Assembly: GCF_964188315.1 (NCBI RefSeq)
Contig: NC_135659.1
Location: forward strand, 31,806,001 to 31,870,000
Direction: 5' to 3'
Source: Podarcis muralis
Taxonomy: Eukaryota
DNA length: 64,000 nt
The notes under the pieces were generated by a model. That model was given only the letters and a program-made list of their open reading frames with translations, searched no databases and was not told where the DNA came from. The position numbers were made by a program, and so were the translations under genes. Below are positions 11,850 to 24,366 of this stretch, piece after piece; position 1 is the first letter of the stretch; the number at the start of each line of letters is the position of its first letter.

Positions 11850-12560
11850 ACCTGAAAAGCATTAGAAGATAATAAAACCATAAAAATATATAACCCACTG
11901 ACAAACAACGGACAGAATTGCTTCTCTGAAAATGCACGACGATGTGAAAATGTTTGCAACAGATGGCAAAACATCACAATGGTAGGTGCTCCTCCGATTC
12001 CAATAGGAAGAGCGTTCCAAAGTACTGGTGCCATTACCCTGAAAATCTTGGTTTGAGTGGAAACTAAATGGTGTAGCACCTATGGGACAGGAAGGCTTCT
12101 CCAGATGATCGCAGTGATCTATCTGGCTGCTGTATAAGGGACAGGGCAATTGTTCAGGTAACCTGGTCCAAGGGCTTTTAGTGCTAATAGCAATTCCTTG
12201 AAACTAGTTCAGTAATATACTGGCAGCCAGTGCAGAGCTTTCAGCACTGGTTTAATACGCTGTACTTGCCCAAAGCTGGGCTTCAGCATTTTGCACTAGC
12301 TGAAATTCCCAAACCAACCTCTAAGGTAGCCTCACATAGGGCGTATCACAGTTGTCTGGTTACCAAGGCATGTATCACTGTGGCCAGGCTATCCTCGTCC
12401 AATAACAGACGTAGCTGGTCTATCAGTTGAAGCTAGAAGAAAACACTGACCACAAAGGACACTTGTGCCTCTCATGGATCTCCATAGCTGCTCCTTTGGG
12501 GAGACTGCAATCCCACCAAGAACAAACAACTGGTTTCTCAAGTTTAGGAACCGTTTACCC
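11850..12560 (-). mobile_element. L2 LINE 3' fragment, old
   Basis: Minus frames give IKPVLKALHWLPV and FRVMAPVLWNALPIGI, typical of the L2 ORF2 C-terminus. Confidence 0.8.
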
Positions 12561-14545
12561 ACAGGGCTTCCATCTGGCAAAGTTTTAGCTCCATTTATCA
12601 GCCCTCATCCAATCCATCATTGACGCCAGACCCTGATTCGGGACATGCATAGCCTCACTTGATTGGCATAGGTGATACCTTGCTCCAAAGAAAAACAGGC
12701 AAGCCTTCTAGATCGGGCCAGTGGCCCATCTAGTCCTGCAATCTGTTCTCACAGTGGCAACCAGACACCTGTGGGAAGCTGTTGGCTCACCTCTCAAAAT
12801 TTAGGCACACAGTCCCATGAGCATCTGCCATAATTCATTGTCCTGTCACCAACCCATGATATCAACAATGTCAAAGGGCATTCAGATAGTGTGTTATTTG
12901 CCATCCTGAGAGTATTTTATACTAAAGGTGACAAATATACTGTAAATACCATAAACAAACAAATATATTTCTATTATTTACTACAATTTAATATGGAATC
13001 GAAGTCACGGCAGGTTACTTGTACTGTACAGCTTAATGTACATTCGTATCGGCTGCAAAATGACTCACGGGTCAAGCTATTCATAATACTGAAACTAGGA
13101 TAAAGAATGCAAACATTAGAAATGCTTGTACAATAGAGCAGTTTTGCCCACTAAAATCCACCATTTAGTTTACCATTTTCAGGCAGAGTTATAGGACTAT
13201 ATACTTCATTTTGGGGGGGTAGCCGGTTCCTGAAAGACATAATTCAACCATTTTCTCCATAAATACAGAGAAGTGAATCAAGAATGAAGTTTAACTGTGG
13301 TCCGTCTTCCAATATCATTTCAAGTGCTCTTCAAAGATAAGGGATGGAAGATGGAAGCAAAAAGTTACAATAGATTGAAAACGTGAACGTATCGCTCTTG
13401 CATGTAAAAGCGGGGAAGATTTGTAGCCTTTGCAGCTAACAAGAAGAACAAGGCAGTCAAAAGAGAGATGCCTTGCAGAAGAGCAAGAAGCATTTTCTCT
13501 CTTGAATTTTGGAGACTAAAATTTGACAGCTTAATTCACAGCAGATAAACTTTGTATTTGTGTCAGCAATGTTTGTTTATAATTATTTGCACTGATTCCA
13601 GTGTGTAAATCACCATCATTTCCTTTTTCTCATACCCCAACCTTCCTCTCGCAAAAGCCCAAGGAAACTTATGTATAGGCTTGTTGAGGGGGAAATAGTT
13701 TGTAGAATTTGTGCTTCTAAATGGGAGCACGACCATGGTCCTTACTTTGTCCTAATAGCTTCAATGAGTTCATCTTACACTTTAACAACTGCAATTTGGA
13801 GATTTAACACCATGCCCTCTCTCTCATGTTTCTAGTGTAGGTGTTGGTTATCCACCTTTAAAAATGGCAGTCATGACTAAGGAGAGAAAAATATGCTAAT
13901 AATCTCAGTACCTATGAGGCAAATTTTAAATTTCTAAAATGACTTTAAATGAGTATTGCAACAATAAGTTACAAACCCTTGCTTTGTCTTTTGATGAGCC
14001 CATTGTTTGGCCACTCTTAAAGCTTAAAATGTAAACACGCCGTTGTGTTGCCAATATATTAAGGGGAAATTCTTCAAGTGGAAAGTTCTATCATTTATTT
14101 CAGCAAAGTCAACCTTAATAGTATTAACTAAAGTACAAATTATTCCGGGACACATTTAATTAAAAAAACTGGCTTCAGCTATCGTAGCCAGGTCCGTGAT
14201 ATGGTATACTTGCTGAATATTTTTAATCTAGGTAGTATTTTTCTGTATCGCTGTCATCTTCAGATGATTCTAATCAGAAGCTTTAATTGGGTCATGAACG
14301 TCCATTTTAATTGGTTAGAGACAATATTCCTCCATCCGGCTGCCCACTCCCTTTATGTGTCAGAGAAGTCCCAGCACATCCACCCAAAATGTGCTGGATT
14401 CTGTTGTGAATTTCTCAGTTCATGGATTCCCAAGTGTGTCTGTAGGCAAACTCCTTGGAGGAGTCCTGTGCTTGAAGAGATCATGGAGATGGCTGCACTT
14501 AGTACATAATTGCTGCTATAACTCATACAGATTCCAGCAAAATTT

Positions 14546-15075
14546 TCATATCTTAGAATCATAGAATCATAGAGTTGGAAGAGACCACAAGGGCCATCGA
14601 GTCCAACCCCCTGCCAAGCAGGAAACACCATCAGAGCACTCCTGACATAGCAGGAAACACCATCAGAGCACTCCTGTCAAGCCTCTGCTTAAAGACCTCC
14701 AAAGACGGAGACTCCACCACACTCCTTGGCAGCAAATTCCACTGTCGAACAGCTCTTACTGTCAGGAAGTTCTTCCTAATGTTTAGGTGGAATCTTCTTT
14801 CTTGTAGTTTGGATCCATTGCTCCGTGTCCGCTTCTCTGGAGCAGCAGAAAACAACCTTTCTCCCTCCTCTATGTGACATCCTTTTATATATTTGAACAT
14901 GGCTATCATATCACCCCTTAACCTCCTCTTCTCCCTTAGCTGTTCCTCATAAGGCATCGTTTCCAGGCCTTTGACCATTTTGGTTGCCCTCCTCTGGACA
15001 CGTTCCAGTTTGTCAGTGTCCTTCTTGAACTGTGGTGCCCAGAACTGGACACAGTACTCCAGGTGAGATCTTAAT
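14546..15075 (-). mobile_element. CR1 LINE 3' end
   Basis: ORF 14631-15098 reads [35 protein letters not shown]...[27 protein letters not shown]; (ATTCTATG)n tail; short internal tandem duplication near 14620-14676. Confidence 0.95.
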
Positions 15076-15319
15076 AGGCCATTAGGTGGGAAGGCCACGC
15101 AGTGGAATCTTGTGCTTAGACTACTAAAAAAAAGAATTTACTTAGACACAGCCTAGATCCTTTTGCATGATTTACAGCGAAACCACTGATCCGCTAGGGG
15201 GGAAACAGTTCTGTAATGTGCCTCATTGTTTTGTGCCCGATACCATATTTGTGCATGCCTGTTTGTTCTGTGGTTGCTGCCGCTGTTAATGTTGGCAATT
15301 TCCCCGAAGACCAACCATT

Positions 15320-15430
15320 GAGGTTTATGCCTGGGTGGGAATAAGAACCTGGATCTCCCCGCACTTAAGCCCAGCACTGTAGCAACTGCTCAGTATTCCT
15401 AGACGGTCTCCTGTCCAAGAACTGAGAGCA
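15320..15430 (-). mobile_element. 5S rRNA-derived SINE head fragment with adjacent tRNA/MIR-like segment
   Basis: 15393-15423 gtattcctagacggtctcctgtccaagaact matches reverse-complemented 5S rRNA (GTATTCCCAGGCGGTCTCCCATCCAAGTACT) at 26/31. Too short and degenerate for a 5S gene. Confidence 0.6.
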
Positions 15431-15442
15431 TAGTAGATGAAG

Positions 15443-15754
15443 CAGACCCTCCAAGTGTTCAAGGTCAGTCCCAGATTTACAGAAGCTTTCCTGGTTTCTG
15501 ATTTTATCCCGCAATGTCCTGCTTTCCCTCAGGACATCCCTATTTTCATGTTGGAGGGTATGGAGTTATGCAAACCCCCCCCAAAAAAAAGAAAAACCAA
15601 GAAGTAACTATACAACCTTCAGAAGACATCTTAAGGCAGCCCTATATAGGGAAGTTTTTTAATGTCTAATGTTTTATTAGGTTTTTATATGTGTTGGAAG
15701 CTGCCTAGATTGGCAGGGGCAACCCAGTCAGATGGGCAGGGTATAAATAATAAA

Positions 15755-15793
<39 letters not shown>

Positions 15794-15831
15794 GAACAGG
15801 GCATCCCTATTTTCATCGAAGAGAGGGTATG
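15443..15831 (+). mobile_element. Composite TIR element with captured L2 3' end (cleanest copy)
   Basis: Order: CAGACCCTCCAAG; internal TTGGAGGGTATG; L2 tail (AGAAGACATCTTAAGGCAGCCC...GGGGCAACCCAGTCAGATGGGCAGGG); (GTT)n; second GAGGGTATG. 7-bp TSD gatgaag at 15436-15442 and 15832-15838. Confidence 0.85.
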
Positions 15832-16548
15832 GATGAAGTACTAGAGAAGTTCCCGCCTAACTTTCCTCCACACAGGCCACCCACTGTAGAGAAATGTTCT
15901 TCACAAAGGGTGGGGGACATGATCTCCCCGGCGTTCCAGCTCCCATAAGCCCTCAAGCTGCATCAGAAGGAATTGTGGGTAACACGTCACCCACACAAGC
16001 AGCTGGGAGAGCGCGGGTGTAGCCCTGAATTCACCCATGGAAACCAGGAGAGAAAAAAACCAGGAGTGCTGAAAAGTCCGTTAAGTTTTGTGCTTATACG
16101 TAGAGCTGGAGTCAAGAAGAGAAACTTCCCAATGCTCATAATGTCTTTATTTCCAATTGGCCTATTTATCCCCTCCATTAAGCCATCTTTAAGCCCGTGT
16201 AATGCCATTGATTTAGAACCTCATTACAGAGTGGATAATGAGGCCCAGTCCTGAAACATTGTGCTTTTCTATTTCCACTCATTTAGCAGGGTTCTCTCCC
16301 CCCACACCAAAATTAGATCTTTTTAAAAATCAATCAGAACCATAAATTGCATTCTCCAAAGCAATATCTCTCTCTGTGTGTAAGGTGAGATGCAAACACA
16401 GAATATTTTATAATGAATACTGATGTTAATATTTCTTCTTCTTCTTCTTTTGCTAATGAAGCAAACTATGAATGCAGAAAGAGTTGCTATTCCTGCAAAG
16501 TTCAGTTCAGAGACACACAAAGTGCAATTCATGAAACCTGGCTTTAAT

Positions 16549-16550
<2 letters not shown>

Positions 16551-16627
<77 letters not shown>

Positions 16628-16636
16628 ATATATATA
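16551..16636. repeat. Compound (TG)n(TA)n microsatellite
   Basis: Direct reading. Confidence 0.98.
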
Positions 16637-17577
16637 ATTAATGCGGCATTGAAAAACATGTTTAAAATGTTTTATTTCTTGATCAGCTAATTGGACCGTT
16701 GAAACAAAGATGCCTTTCTTCTTCCCGTTTGCCATGAGTTAAATTACTGTAGTAAAGGTTCCCCCCTCTAGTTCTTTGGCCTTCATTCATGTATTCACTA
16801 CTGCCAATTAGCTTCGAAAGTCACTGGTTTTACAAAATGCTACTCTTCCCTTCCACCTCCCTGCCCGTCCTCCTCTTTTCCATGTGCACACAAAGAGAGA
16901 GAGAGAGAGATCACAGAACTGGCGTTCAGACACGGGTTCTTAGACTGTCTTTCCTCTTCTTTTTTTACGTTGACGTGTTTCAGCTTGGGAAGAAGGGAGG
17001 GGGGGGAAACCCTTTCCAACTTGGAAACTTGAGACGCGGCTGTCTCTGTTGCAGTGTTTTCTCCACATCCTGTTGAGTATTAAGTAGTTATTTAAAAACG
17101 GAGCTGTTATACTCAGTGACTGACTTAAAGAGCTCGATATAGTTTACAAGACGATTAATTAAATGAGAGCACTGCATGGTTTGCCCATGTGTTTCCATAA
17201 TCATTCACGTTGGCCTATGGTTGCCCTTTAATTTTCATACTAATTAAAGTAACACACATTGAGTTGCAAATTGTTGATGGCTGCATTTCTCAGTAGATGT
17301 TAACACTGATGTAAGCTGAATGGTGATTTCTTTTTCTAAAAGAAGGAGAAGCATTAAACATAGCTGGATTCTTCTTCTTTCTTTAGTCCAATCTCCTTGC
17401 ACCAGGCCTGCAAAATTGTGACCCACAAGTGTCATATGCCAGCAGTATACTGTTGCCTGTATCTGCTCACCTGTCCCCATACCTTGTAGTCTCTGGCAGA
17501 CCTGAAAAATAACAGGTTCATGAAATCACTGTGGGGAGAGCCCTGATATCATTGAAGATATGTATTAGCTCAGTGGG

Positions 17578-18128
17578 GGTCAGGAGCTGGAGTCAGGAGC
17601 AGGTCCATAATAACATACCCAGTGTCAGCGAGGTTAACTCTTTACTCAAAGAAAACAGCGCAGGCCTAGTGATCATGGCAACTCTTCCCAGGTCTTGCCC
17701 CAATGAGGCAGTTGCAAGGACTGAAGGTCCCCACCTTCCCACCAAGGTTCTGTCGTCTTGTCTCTCATTGCTCCACCCTCTTCATTACTCTGTGTGTTCT
17801 TGGAGATCAGTGGGGAGGGCAGCTGGTCGCAGCAAAAGGGGAAGACTCCCTGGATTCTTCAGCAGCCTGACTCATCGCTGCCTCTTCGCACCCCTCCTCA
17901 TCAGCTTCCTCTCCTGCCTCTGGTTCTGCACTGCTTTCTGCCACATCCTCTTCCTGCTCACTAAACCCTCTTGCCTCTTCAGCTTCCGACACCTCCTCCT
18001 TCCAGTCTTCTCCCTCTGATCATGTATCGCTGTCCCACCACAGTCCCCTGGCTCTAAACCATTTTTCCCCTGGGGGTTACCAGCTAGTGCCCTTCCACCA
18101 CTCCTCTGCATCCAGCCAGTCCATGACA
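17578..18128 (-). mobile_element. Solo LTR (same family as 49972-50552)
   Basis: Reverse complement of the 49972 element over its length; TGACA terminus at 18124-18128; degenerate 5-bp TSD gtggg/ttggg. Confidence 0.8.
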
Positions 18129-19131
18129 TTGGGTCACCATTTTTGCAGGCCTGCCCTACTGGTCACCTTCAGAGCAATCCTTCATTGGTTGAAATTAAGT
18201 GGGGAACTGTGGACCCTGGTTGTTATAGGTGGTTACCTTCCTGTAACTACACCCTTGGGTCAGGATCGTTTTGTTGATGAGCTGGCCTTTCGTTTTACTT
18301 TCCTAAAACGATTTTCAGCCATTGTTTTTCTTCTCTTCTCCTCCCCTCCCCCAACTGCAATTTCTTTGTGCCAGAGCACCAGCCCACCAGAGAAACCAAA
18401 CAACACAGGGATGCTTTGTGCATTTTTGCACAATTGGAGACGGTGGTGAGGAGGACTGCGGTGGAGGGAACTGAAATGGAGAGATTCAGCAGAAGACAGG
18501 AGAACTGGGAAGAAGAGGGTTCACACTTAACCTGTCACAACTACATTTGCGCTTAATTTCTTTCCCTGTTGTGTCTCACTGTTTGCTTTTCCATTTTAAA
18601 ACAATTCAGCACTTTAGCAACATTTTCTAAATAGCCCTGGGAGTGGGATTTGACATCCCATAGGTAGAAGAAACCTGTCCTTAGATGGGGAGTTGTTCAT
18701 TCCTGTATCACCATGGACCATTCATCTCCCTGTTCCAACGTACAGCATTTGTGGCTCAAGCTACATTATGGAGTGCTTTTGCCACAACTTAGGAAAGAGA
18801 ATAAACAGATACAGACAATTATCCTGCGGCTCCTCCTGCTGCTATTGGCATCTGCACTTGGCAGAGATCCTGACAGGAACCACTCCATCTCTTTCAAATG
18901 GTCTACATGGATGTAATGAGCATATGGTACTGGCTACTCAGTGAGAAATATAACCTTGACCTTGAGCGTATGGTACCCCTCCTCCTCCTCCTCCTCTGCC
19001 CTCGAAAAGCAAAGTTTGTTGGAAGCAACAGCAATATCGAAAATTAAAATGTCCCACTTCTCGGTCAAAAGAAAGCATGTGATTTATTTATTTTTTGAGG
19101 GGGGGTGAACCAAACATTTCTCCTCTCCAAG

Positions 19132-19135
<4 letters not shown>

Positions 19136-19179
<44 letters not shown>

Positions 19180-19490
19180 TTGGTTTTTGTACCCCACCCA
19201 TCTGACTGGGTTGCCTCAGCCACTGTGGGTGGCTTCCAACAGAACATACAAAAACACAACAGAACGTCACACATTAAAAGGTTTCCAATACAGGGCTGCC
19301 TTCAGTTGTCTAAGTTAGGTCATAGAATCATTTATCTCTTTGAAATCTGATGCTGGGGGGGGGGGGGCATTCCACATGGTAGGTGCCAATTCTGAGAAGG
19401 CCCTCTGCCTGCTTCCCTGTAACCTCACTTCTTGCAATGAGGGAACCACCAGAAGGCTCTCGGAGCTGGACCTCATTGCCCTCAGGCTCC
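19136..19490 (-). mobile_element. L2 LINE 3' end with (ATT)n tail
   Basis: Tail cccacccatctgactgggttgcctcagccactgtgggtggcttcc and ORF2-end motif gagaaggccctctgcctg. Confidence 0.8.
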
Positions 19491-22488
19491 CAATATCCCT
19501 GGATATAATTAGTGTTGATAGATTGCCCTGAGGAACCTTGGGTGTTAAGATGGGGTCGTTGTTCTCCTAACAATTCTCCTACCAGTTATATGAGCCATGC
19601 CATATAAATGTAAAAAAATAATAAATCCCTTGGAATCTCATCAAGGAGATCTCTAGCAGCAAGGCTTTCGACTCCACAGATGGAGAAGGAGGCCCACAAC
19701 ATAACAATGACCTCTCAGCTGCTTAGGATCACTCCCTAAAATAAAGTAAAGTGGATGCAGTTTCAACAAGCTTGGAGGAAGGGCTGCGTCTGTGAATGGG
19801 GTGAGCAGCATCGATACATGGTGTTTGGAGATAAACGTGGCTTTTGTAAGAAAACCAGCGACAGACTCAACTATGGGAGAAGAGCTCCTGCTGAGCCTCC
19901 CCATCCATAATAGATTAATTAACATAATGGCCCTAAATGAGATTTTTCTCCAGAATTTAATTAATTACAATCGCAACGCTTCTAAAGGTTACGCAATATA
20001 TTTGCCAGCAGTTAACTGATTAACCAAATATCTAATAATAATAAAAAGTGCTCTATATACAGACACACCCCAGATCACTCAGGAAGAACCAATATTTTTT
20101 TCTGTGTGCGAATTAAGTGCAAACATGAAAGGCTACACACACAGCACACACACAAAAAGAGACCAGGAAGATTCGGCGTGAGGTATTTGCTTCAGGCTGG
20201 TAACCGAATAGCTTAGTTGTGGGTTTACCCTCAGCATTAGCCTAATTAATCGCGGGCTGCTTTATTAAAAACCAGTTATAAAGAAAACATTCCTGGACGA
20301 GAAAGCCCTCCGGGGCTTCAAACTCCTTGTACGACAGATGAACCTAATGCCTCACAAAGTCCAGTCACTTTCAAGTTTCCACATGAAAACGTCTCTTCCC
20401 GCTCTTCTCTTCACTGTTTGCACTCCCCGTTTCCAGCCTATGGACGAAACCTGAAGGGCTGGCTAAACCGAATCGTTCTTAAACAGGACTGTTCTTAAAC
20501 CAAGGTACCACTGTATTACTTTTTCAGCTGCATGGGTGCTTCTGATGCTCCCTGGTTTGGTTTGGCTCAACATCAAGAGCCTCCAGGCGGAAGGTTCTAG
20601 TGTGGAACTGTAGGTGGTTCCAGCTTACCCCAGGAAGCAACCTGGAAACAAAGCGTGTCTCAGTCTCATGACCTAAAACTCACCCTTTTGAGGATGGATG
20701 GGCCCACACACCATACCTTGGGCTGTAGCATCCATGCCCAGCATCCCAGTGCTGGGATGATGCTGATGTCCCTGTGTACCATGCTTCAGTCCACTGCTCC
20801 AGTCCATCAGCTACTCCATTCCATTCCCCTTCCCACCTGGAGGAGGAGGAGGAGGAGGAAGGAAGGAATTATACAAAAATCCGTCCTTAAACAGCGAAAG
20901 CCGGTGACGTTAACAAACCGTGAGCACTGTGAAATTCCCCGGCATTTCATCAGGTGGCAAGAAGTTCATGTTACACTTGATTGCCGGATAAGTTGCCTAT
21001 AAAAACTTTGCAGATATTGTTTCCTTATTTAAAGCCAACCACTAGAGTTTTCTGTTGGTCCTGTTTCCATTCCCTCCATAACCACAGCAACAAGCTGCTG
21101 CTAGAGGGGGATTATTAGTATATCTCTTCTCTAAAAAGCTGCAGAAGGATTATGCTCGGAGAGTGTACCTGACAGCTTTGTGCCTCAGACTCAGCCAAAA
21201 GAGCAAAACGAACTCCCCTAAGATCCCAAATTACTTTGTGCAGTTTTTATGCCGGGATCTTGCAGAGAGGTAAATATCACCAAGTTGCTCTTTAATGCTT
21301 GTGTGTGTGTGTGTGTGTGTGTGTGGTGTCTCTACAGCTTGGATCACCATCGCCTATAATAGTTCCAAGGCTCTGGGTTTCTTTCCCAGAAAACACACTC
21401 TCACCATGCAAAACCCAAAGCACACTGGAGAGTTATCTTAAAGCCGATTTTAAATAATTGAAATTTTAACGTTCTCAAACCGCTCACCGTTCCGAAATTT
21501 ATTCCTTTAATAACGGCTTTCTCTGAACGGCTTCACGTTGAAACGAGGCCTTCATTTCTTCCCAATGTTAAGGGACTGTCCCGCTTTGCAGGGTTATTTG
21601 TTAAATATTCAGGAGGAATTTTTGGGTGCTTGCGAAAGACTGCGGCGTTAGAAATTCATGGCGCAGGATGCAGCTGCGAGAAAGTTCCGGAAGACCGTGC
21701 CAGTGGCATCCTTGAGGACAATCCGCGGTTGGTTGGGTTAGCCTAATCCCTCCATTTGGCCCTTTTAGGGGTACAATTCTGGTCTCTTAAGTATTTCCTA
21801 GATGAAGACTGTCAACAGGCCTCAATCAGTGCCAGATAATCAGCGGGGGTTTAATGCTTCTGAGAGACACTTCCGCTTGAGACTGCAAAGGAATAATAGA
21901 CTCCCCACCCCACAGACAAAATGGACTCCAGCTATACTGCAGAGGTTAAAGGTTGCCGCTGCATTAGTTGAACCAGGCAGCCCGGCTGATAATGTGCTAT
22001 ATTAAATCTGGTGCGCAGAGCTGTTCAACTAACAGGTGTTACATTGTCAAGCAATGGCTCCGTGCTAGTTACTATTCACGCGAACCATTTTTACAAACAA
22101 GCGAGCTTCTTATACGAGTCTTCATCACCTCCAGGCATTCCGATTCTTTCTTAAGTACAGAAACATTAATTAGATTTTGACCACAGACCCCGGATTTGAC
22201 TTGCTCTTGACAGGGTTTCCATTAGCGTAATCTGTAGGGGAATTCACTGTTTTAACATCTGTGCGCCTCGGGCCTGTCTCACATTTACTGCCATAGCCTG
22301 AAAAGCCTCCCTTGTACGGCTGTATGTTTCTTCATGCTCCCAATTTCACAGAAGTCATTTCAGCACCAAACGGCAATTAGCAAAGGGATGGGCCCCAGCT
22401 GACATGAATGCAATTTATTGTTTTCCGAAAAGGCCCTGAACCAGGCAAACAAAGAACGCAGTCTTGCTGTCTGGCATTTTATTAACTT

Positions 22489-22533
<45 letters not shown>

Positions 22534-23364
22534 GTGCACCTCACTGAAGGGAGATCTTCCAGCAAAGGCGGTCGCTAGTATGCAGTCGCATGCATGCTTC
22601 TGAAGAATATTAATTTCAGTTCAATTAGGCACATTTTGTGGGCCCTCAGCCTCTAATATAGGGTAGGCGCTTTCATAATTATCTCTGGTATTAACTTTAT
22701 CATCGCCAGGCTTTTGCATAAATGCAACCTTTCATCTTTAAAATGCCAACGCTTCTTCAATTTTTGGCAACCATGCAGCATTACTAATTATTTGCTCATT
22801 ATGTGTGGTTAACTGATGAATCATTAATAAATGAATAGATGGATAATATATTTTTATGGTAATTGGAGATATAACTGATTGCAGATTTCCAGAGCTTTTT
22901 CAAGCTGTGCTGAAGGAGGCAGGAGCTGCATAATTGTTTACAGGGAAGATGTGGGGCTCTGACAAGTTTTTTTCCCCTTTTTCTTTCCCCTTACAGTTGT
23001 GGTTTATCACTAGGGAAAAAATTACCCTATCAGGATGTCTTCTACTCCAATAAAGCACTAATGGCATATGAATGACAACTCTTGTTTCACCACACATTTA
23101 TTTCCAGAATTCGTGCCTTGAAGCAAAAAAAGCGACGCCACCTTTTGGCGTCTTATTCCCGTTTATGTAAGCACATTCAACGTACATATGATGCTCTACA
23201 GCAGAAGCAAAAAGAAAAAGAAAACAAAAAAAGTCCCTAATTAAAAGTGTAGATCAGTTAACACTTATTTGTAGGTGCAGAATTCGGCTTGTAGTTTTAA
23301 GACAGAAAAATACTGAAATTGTTAATAAGCATGGGCAGGTTCCCTTTAATTCATTTCGTTTATA

Positions 23365-23590
23365 CAGTGGTACCTCAAGTTAAGTACTTAATTCGTTCCG
23401 GAGGTCCGTACTTAACCTGAAACTGTTCTTAACCTGAAGCACCACTTAAGCTAATGGGGCCTCCCACTGCCGCCGCACCGCTGGAGCATGATTTCTGTTC
23501 TCATCCTGAAGCAAAGTTCTTAACCTGAAGCACTATTTCTGGGTTAGCGGAGTCTGTAACCTGAAGCGTATGTAACCTGAGGTACCACTG
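23365..23590 (-). mobile_element. Tigger/pogo-like MITE, family 1
   Basis: TIR CAGTGGTACCTC/GAGGTACCACTG with TA TSD. Copies at 24088-24313 (+), 26839-27080 (-), 32455-32696 (+), 57422-57663 (+). Confidence 0.92.
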
Positions 23591-23794
23591 TACTCCACCT
23601 TTCCTCCAAGAAGTTCAAGGCGGCGTGCATGCTCATCCTGCCCCCCAGTCCATGGTTATCCCTGCTCTCATCATGTGTCAGCTAATCACGTTCCATAAGT
23701 GCATCAAGGAGCCATGGCAATGAGCTACACACGCCCCTGTTGACACCTTCCACGAGCTGAAGGATGATCTTCCAAAGTGGGCAACTTCCTGTAG

Positions 23795-23905
23795 TGGTGG
23801 AGCTTAGTCGGTAGAGCTTGAGACTCTTAATCCCAGGGTTGTGGGTTCGAGCCCGACGTTAAGCACAAGATTTCTGCATTTCAGGGAGTTGGATGAGATG
23901 ACACT
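23795..23905 (+). mobile_element. tRNA-Lys(CTT)-derived SINE with CR1-like tail
   Basis: agcttagtcggtagagcttgagactcttaatcccagggttgtgggttcgagcccgacgtt follows tRNA-Lys-CTT but the acceptor stem is lost. The tail gatttctgcatttcagggagttgga matches the CR1 3' end at ~8385-8415. Confidence 0.8.
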
Positions 23906-24087
23906 CGAGCATACCCTCTGACTTTTCTCCGATGAAAATAGGGACGTCCTATTCCATAATGATAATTTTACTATTTACATCCTCCACATCTTATTGGGTT
24001 GCCCCAGCCACTCTGGGCAGCTTCCAACATATATAAAAACATAACAAAACATTAAACATTTTTTTAAAAAACCAACACTTCCCTATA

Positions 24088-24313
24088 CAGTGGTACCTCG
24101 GGTTACATACGCTTCAGGTTACAGACTCCACTAACCCAGAAATAGTGCTTCAGGTTAAGAACTTTGCTTCAGGATGAGAACAGAAATTATGCTCCGGTGG
24201 CACGGCGGCAGCAGGAGGCCCCATTAGCTAAAGTGGTGCTTCAGGTTAAGAACAGTTTCAGATTAAGAACGGACTTCCAGAACAAATTAAGTACTTAACC
24301 CGAGGTACCACTG
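24088..24313 (+). mobile_element. Tigger/pogo-like MITE, family 1
   Basis: Same TIRs; inserted at a TA inside the L2-tail part of the composite element. Confidence 0.92.
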
Positions 24314-24366
24314 TGCAGGATTGCCTTCAGACAGCTTGGGGGTCAGATAACTCCATACCCTCCAAC

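Noticed and set aside
14201-14545. Overlapping 69-102 aa ORFs
   Set aside because: No known similarity; the minus ORF starts within the CR1 tail.
15393-15423. 5S rRNA gene
   Set aside because: Only a 31-bp degenerate match.
18713-18916. 67-aa ORF with LLLLLLASALG hydrophobic run
   Set aside because: The hydrophobic stretch is mid-ORF, there are no supporting splice signals, and it is unrecognised.
23795-23865. tRNA-Lys gene
   Set aside because: Acceptor stem is broken and it runs into a CR1-like tail, so it is a SINE head.
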